A stretch of DNA of 64,000 bases, taken from NCBI GenBank assembly GCA_007695355.1, contig REDX01000217.1, positions 14,213-78,212 on the forward strand, given 5' to 3'. Source of the DNA: Planctomycetota bacterium. Lineage in GTDB: Bacteria > Planctomycetota > UBA11346. Positions 62,853 to 64,000 of the stretch are shown here, piece after piece. The translations under genes were made by a program, and so were the position numbers. Within the stretch, counting starts at the first letter, position 1. Every line of letters starts with the position of its first letter. Below the pieces are notes generated by a model. That model saw nothing but the letters and a program-made list of their open reading frames with translations. It was not told the DNA's origin and did no database searches.

Positions 62853-64000
62853 ATGCCCCTCGACTTGATCAACCGCTGCCAGCGTCATGCGCCCTTGGTG
62901 GTGCTCTTGTTGGTGGTGGTTATGGGCTTGGTTGGTGTAGCCGCCTTTTTTATCGCCCTGAGGCCCTGTGTGCTGGACCTGCCGGCGGGCACCATCGCCC
63001 GCTATAGCTTGGTCACCGAGGTGTGGCCAGACGAACCAGGAGCCCCATTGCCCCTGCGTCAACAGCGGCACGAGATCACTCTTTTCGTTTATGGACGGGA
63101 TGGACGCGCAGTGTTGCTGACCCAGAGCGGAGGTCTGCGGCGTGGTGAACTGCGGCCGGCCCGTCTGCGTCGCGACGGGCGGGTCCATTTGCTGGCCGGG
63201 GAAGAGGGCGATGAGCTGCAGCACGATCATGGTCCGGCCATTGGCTATTTTGATTTCAATCTCCTGGTGCTGCCGCCGGGCTTGGATCAGGCTTGGGATG
63301 CCGAATTCATCTATGCTTACCCCCCGCCGGAAAAACGTCGCCAAGTGGTGCGCGTGCGGCGTACCCATAATGGGGCGCGGCCGCGCTTTAGTTATGCCCT
63401 GCCTGCCGTCGAGTGGGTAGACGCGCAACCGCGATCGTTGCGTGGTGAAGATGAGCGCTATGTGCAGATGCGCGATATTCAAGTCAACTACCGCTTTGAT
63501 ACCCGCCGCGGCCTTTGGCACGATGCCGATATCAGCTTTTTGGCTGGGGTTGAGATTGCCGATGGTTATTTGCGGCACCGCCTGCGCTTGCGCCTGGTTT
63601 TAGAAGATGTGCAGACCTTGGCGGCCACGGAACTCGCGGCGATGCACGAGGATATTCAGCGTTTGCGGCGTCTGCAGTGGGCGGCTTCGCGACAGCACAG
63701 CGAGGTGACCATGCAGGCTCTCGAGGGGCTGAGTGCGGTGCAGACCCCTGGCCTAGCGGCGCTGGCGGCGCGCTGGCAGAGCGATGTTCAAGCCTTGCCC
63801 TGGGAGGGGGCCCAGGCGGTTCAGGTGGCATCATTTGCGGCCCACGCGGAAACCCGCGCCCAGGCCTTACGCTGGCAGGTTATCGGCGATGGCTACCCCG
63901 CCTACCTGCGCCGGCGCGGTGGTCATCTGACGGTCATGGCCGGGCCCTTTGCCGAGCGAGACGAGGAGGTTCTGACCGATTTACGCCGCCGTTTTCCCCG
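62853..64000 (+). CDS. membrane-anchored protein with a C-terminal SPOR-like domain (3' end beyond the window)
   Basis: It is open from ATG 62853 to the window end, so it is not in the ORF track. N-terminal TM APLVVLLLVVVMGLVGVAAFFIAL. The last approx. 60 aa, AVQVASFAAHAETRAQALRWQVIGDGYPAYLRRRGGHLTVMAGPFAERDEE, fit the SPOR pattern (vQvgSF...A..l...G..a.....g..y.V..GpF..r.eA). Confidence 0.6.
   Translation, partial: MPLDLINRCQRHAPLVVLLLVVVMGLVGVAAFFIALRPCVLDLPAGTIARYSLVTEVWPDEPGAPLPLRQQRHEITLFVYGRDGRAVLLTQSGGLRRGELRPARLRRDGRVHLLAGEEGDELQHDHGPAIGYFDFNLLVLPPGLDQAWDAEFIYAYPPPEKRRQVVRVRRTHNGARPRFSYALPAVEWVDAQPRSLRGEDERYVQMRDIQVNYRFDTRRGLWHDADISFLAGVEIADGYLRHRLRLRLVLEDVQTLAATELAAMHEDIQRLRRLQWAASRQHSEVTMQALEGLSAVQTPGLAALAARWQSDVQALPWEGAQAVQVASFAAHAETRAQALRWQVIGDGYPAYLRRRGGHLTVMAGPFAERDEEVLTDLRRRFP

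Noticed and set aside
62805-63578. 257-aa minus-strand ORF from the track.
   Set aside because: It is antisense to a longer plus-strand frame that is open from 62853 to the window end. That frame has a TM helix and a SPOR-like C-terminus. The minus-strand translation has a non-protein-like composition.
1-64000. A selenoprotein gene (TGA-split same-frame ORF pair) somewhere in the window, prompted by selB/selC.
   Set aside because: Scanning adjacent same-strand, same-frame track ORFs by eye gave no TGA-split candidate. The only in-frame stop found is the TAG at 60887. A by-eye scan cannot exclude short cases.

Overview
Visibly GC-rich bacterial chromosomal window, coded densely on both strands. 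I call about 58 protein genes, one tRNA, no rRNA and no CRISPR array. Most of it is housekeeping: lysA, the thyA-folA-queF operon, aroB-dprA, kdsA, hpt, a standalone coaC, rsfS, ferritin, PMM/PGM, an ABC-F ATPase and an MscS-type channel. Envelope and secretome genes are mixed in: a 1767-aa surface lipoprotein next to an OM beta-barrel, a second small beta-barrel, a prepilin-type protein, an M16 pseudo-peptidase, an M48-TerB protease, PrsW, and a complete six-gene TonB2/Ttp-type energy-transduction cluster. Nucleic-acid enzymes are an SNF2 helicase and an XPB-like helicase with a DUF790/Bax1-like partner. The prepilin plus DUF1559-like tail, the GYF_2 protein, the choice-of-anchor-D-like giant lipoprotein and the long IS200-like HUH transposase suggest a PVC-group (Planctomycetota/Verrucomicrobiota-like) organism. 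That cannot be verified here. I see no recognisable complete novel system. The candidates most worth follow-up are these. (1) An eight-gene divergent locus at 39.2-45.9 kb (FabG, two hotdog dehydratase-like proteins, a thioesterase and a C45/TPR membrane protein, facing a PanE-like reductase, a membrane protein and a CrtI-like oxidoreductase). It has four successive start/stop overlaps but no ketosynthase, ACP or acyltransferase. (2) selC (tRNA-Sec, UCA) and selB directly downstream of that locus, with no selA, selD or selenoprotein visible. (3) A roughly 105-nt structured intergenic repeat family with compensatory stem changes at 56.3-57.7 kb. (4) An HUH transposase bracketed by inverted motifs, with a related tandem motif 26 kb away. 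(5) A membrane-anchored YbjQ paralogue interrupted by one in-frame TAG. (6) An XPB / Bax1-like / orphan three-gene operon. All functional calls come from reading motifs in the translated ORFs. No database search was possible.
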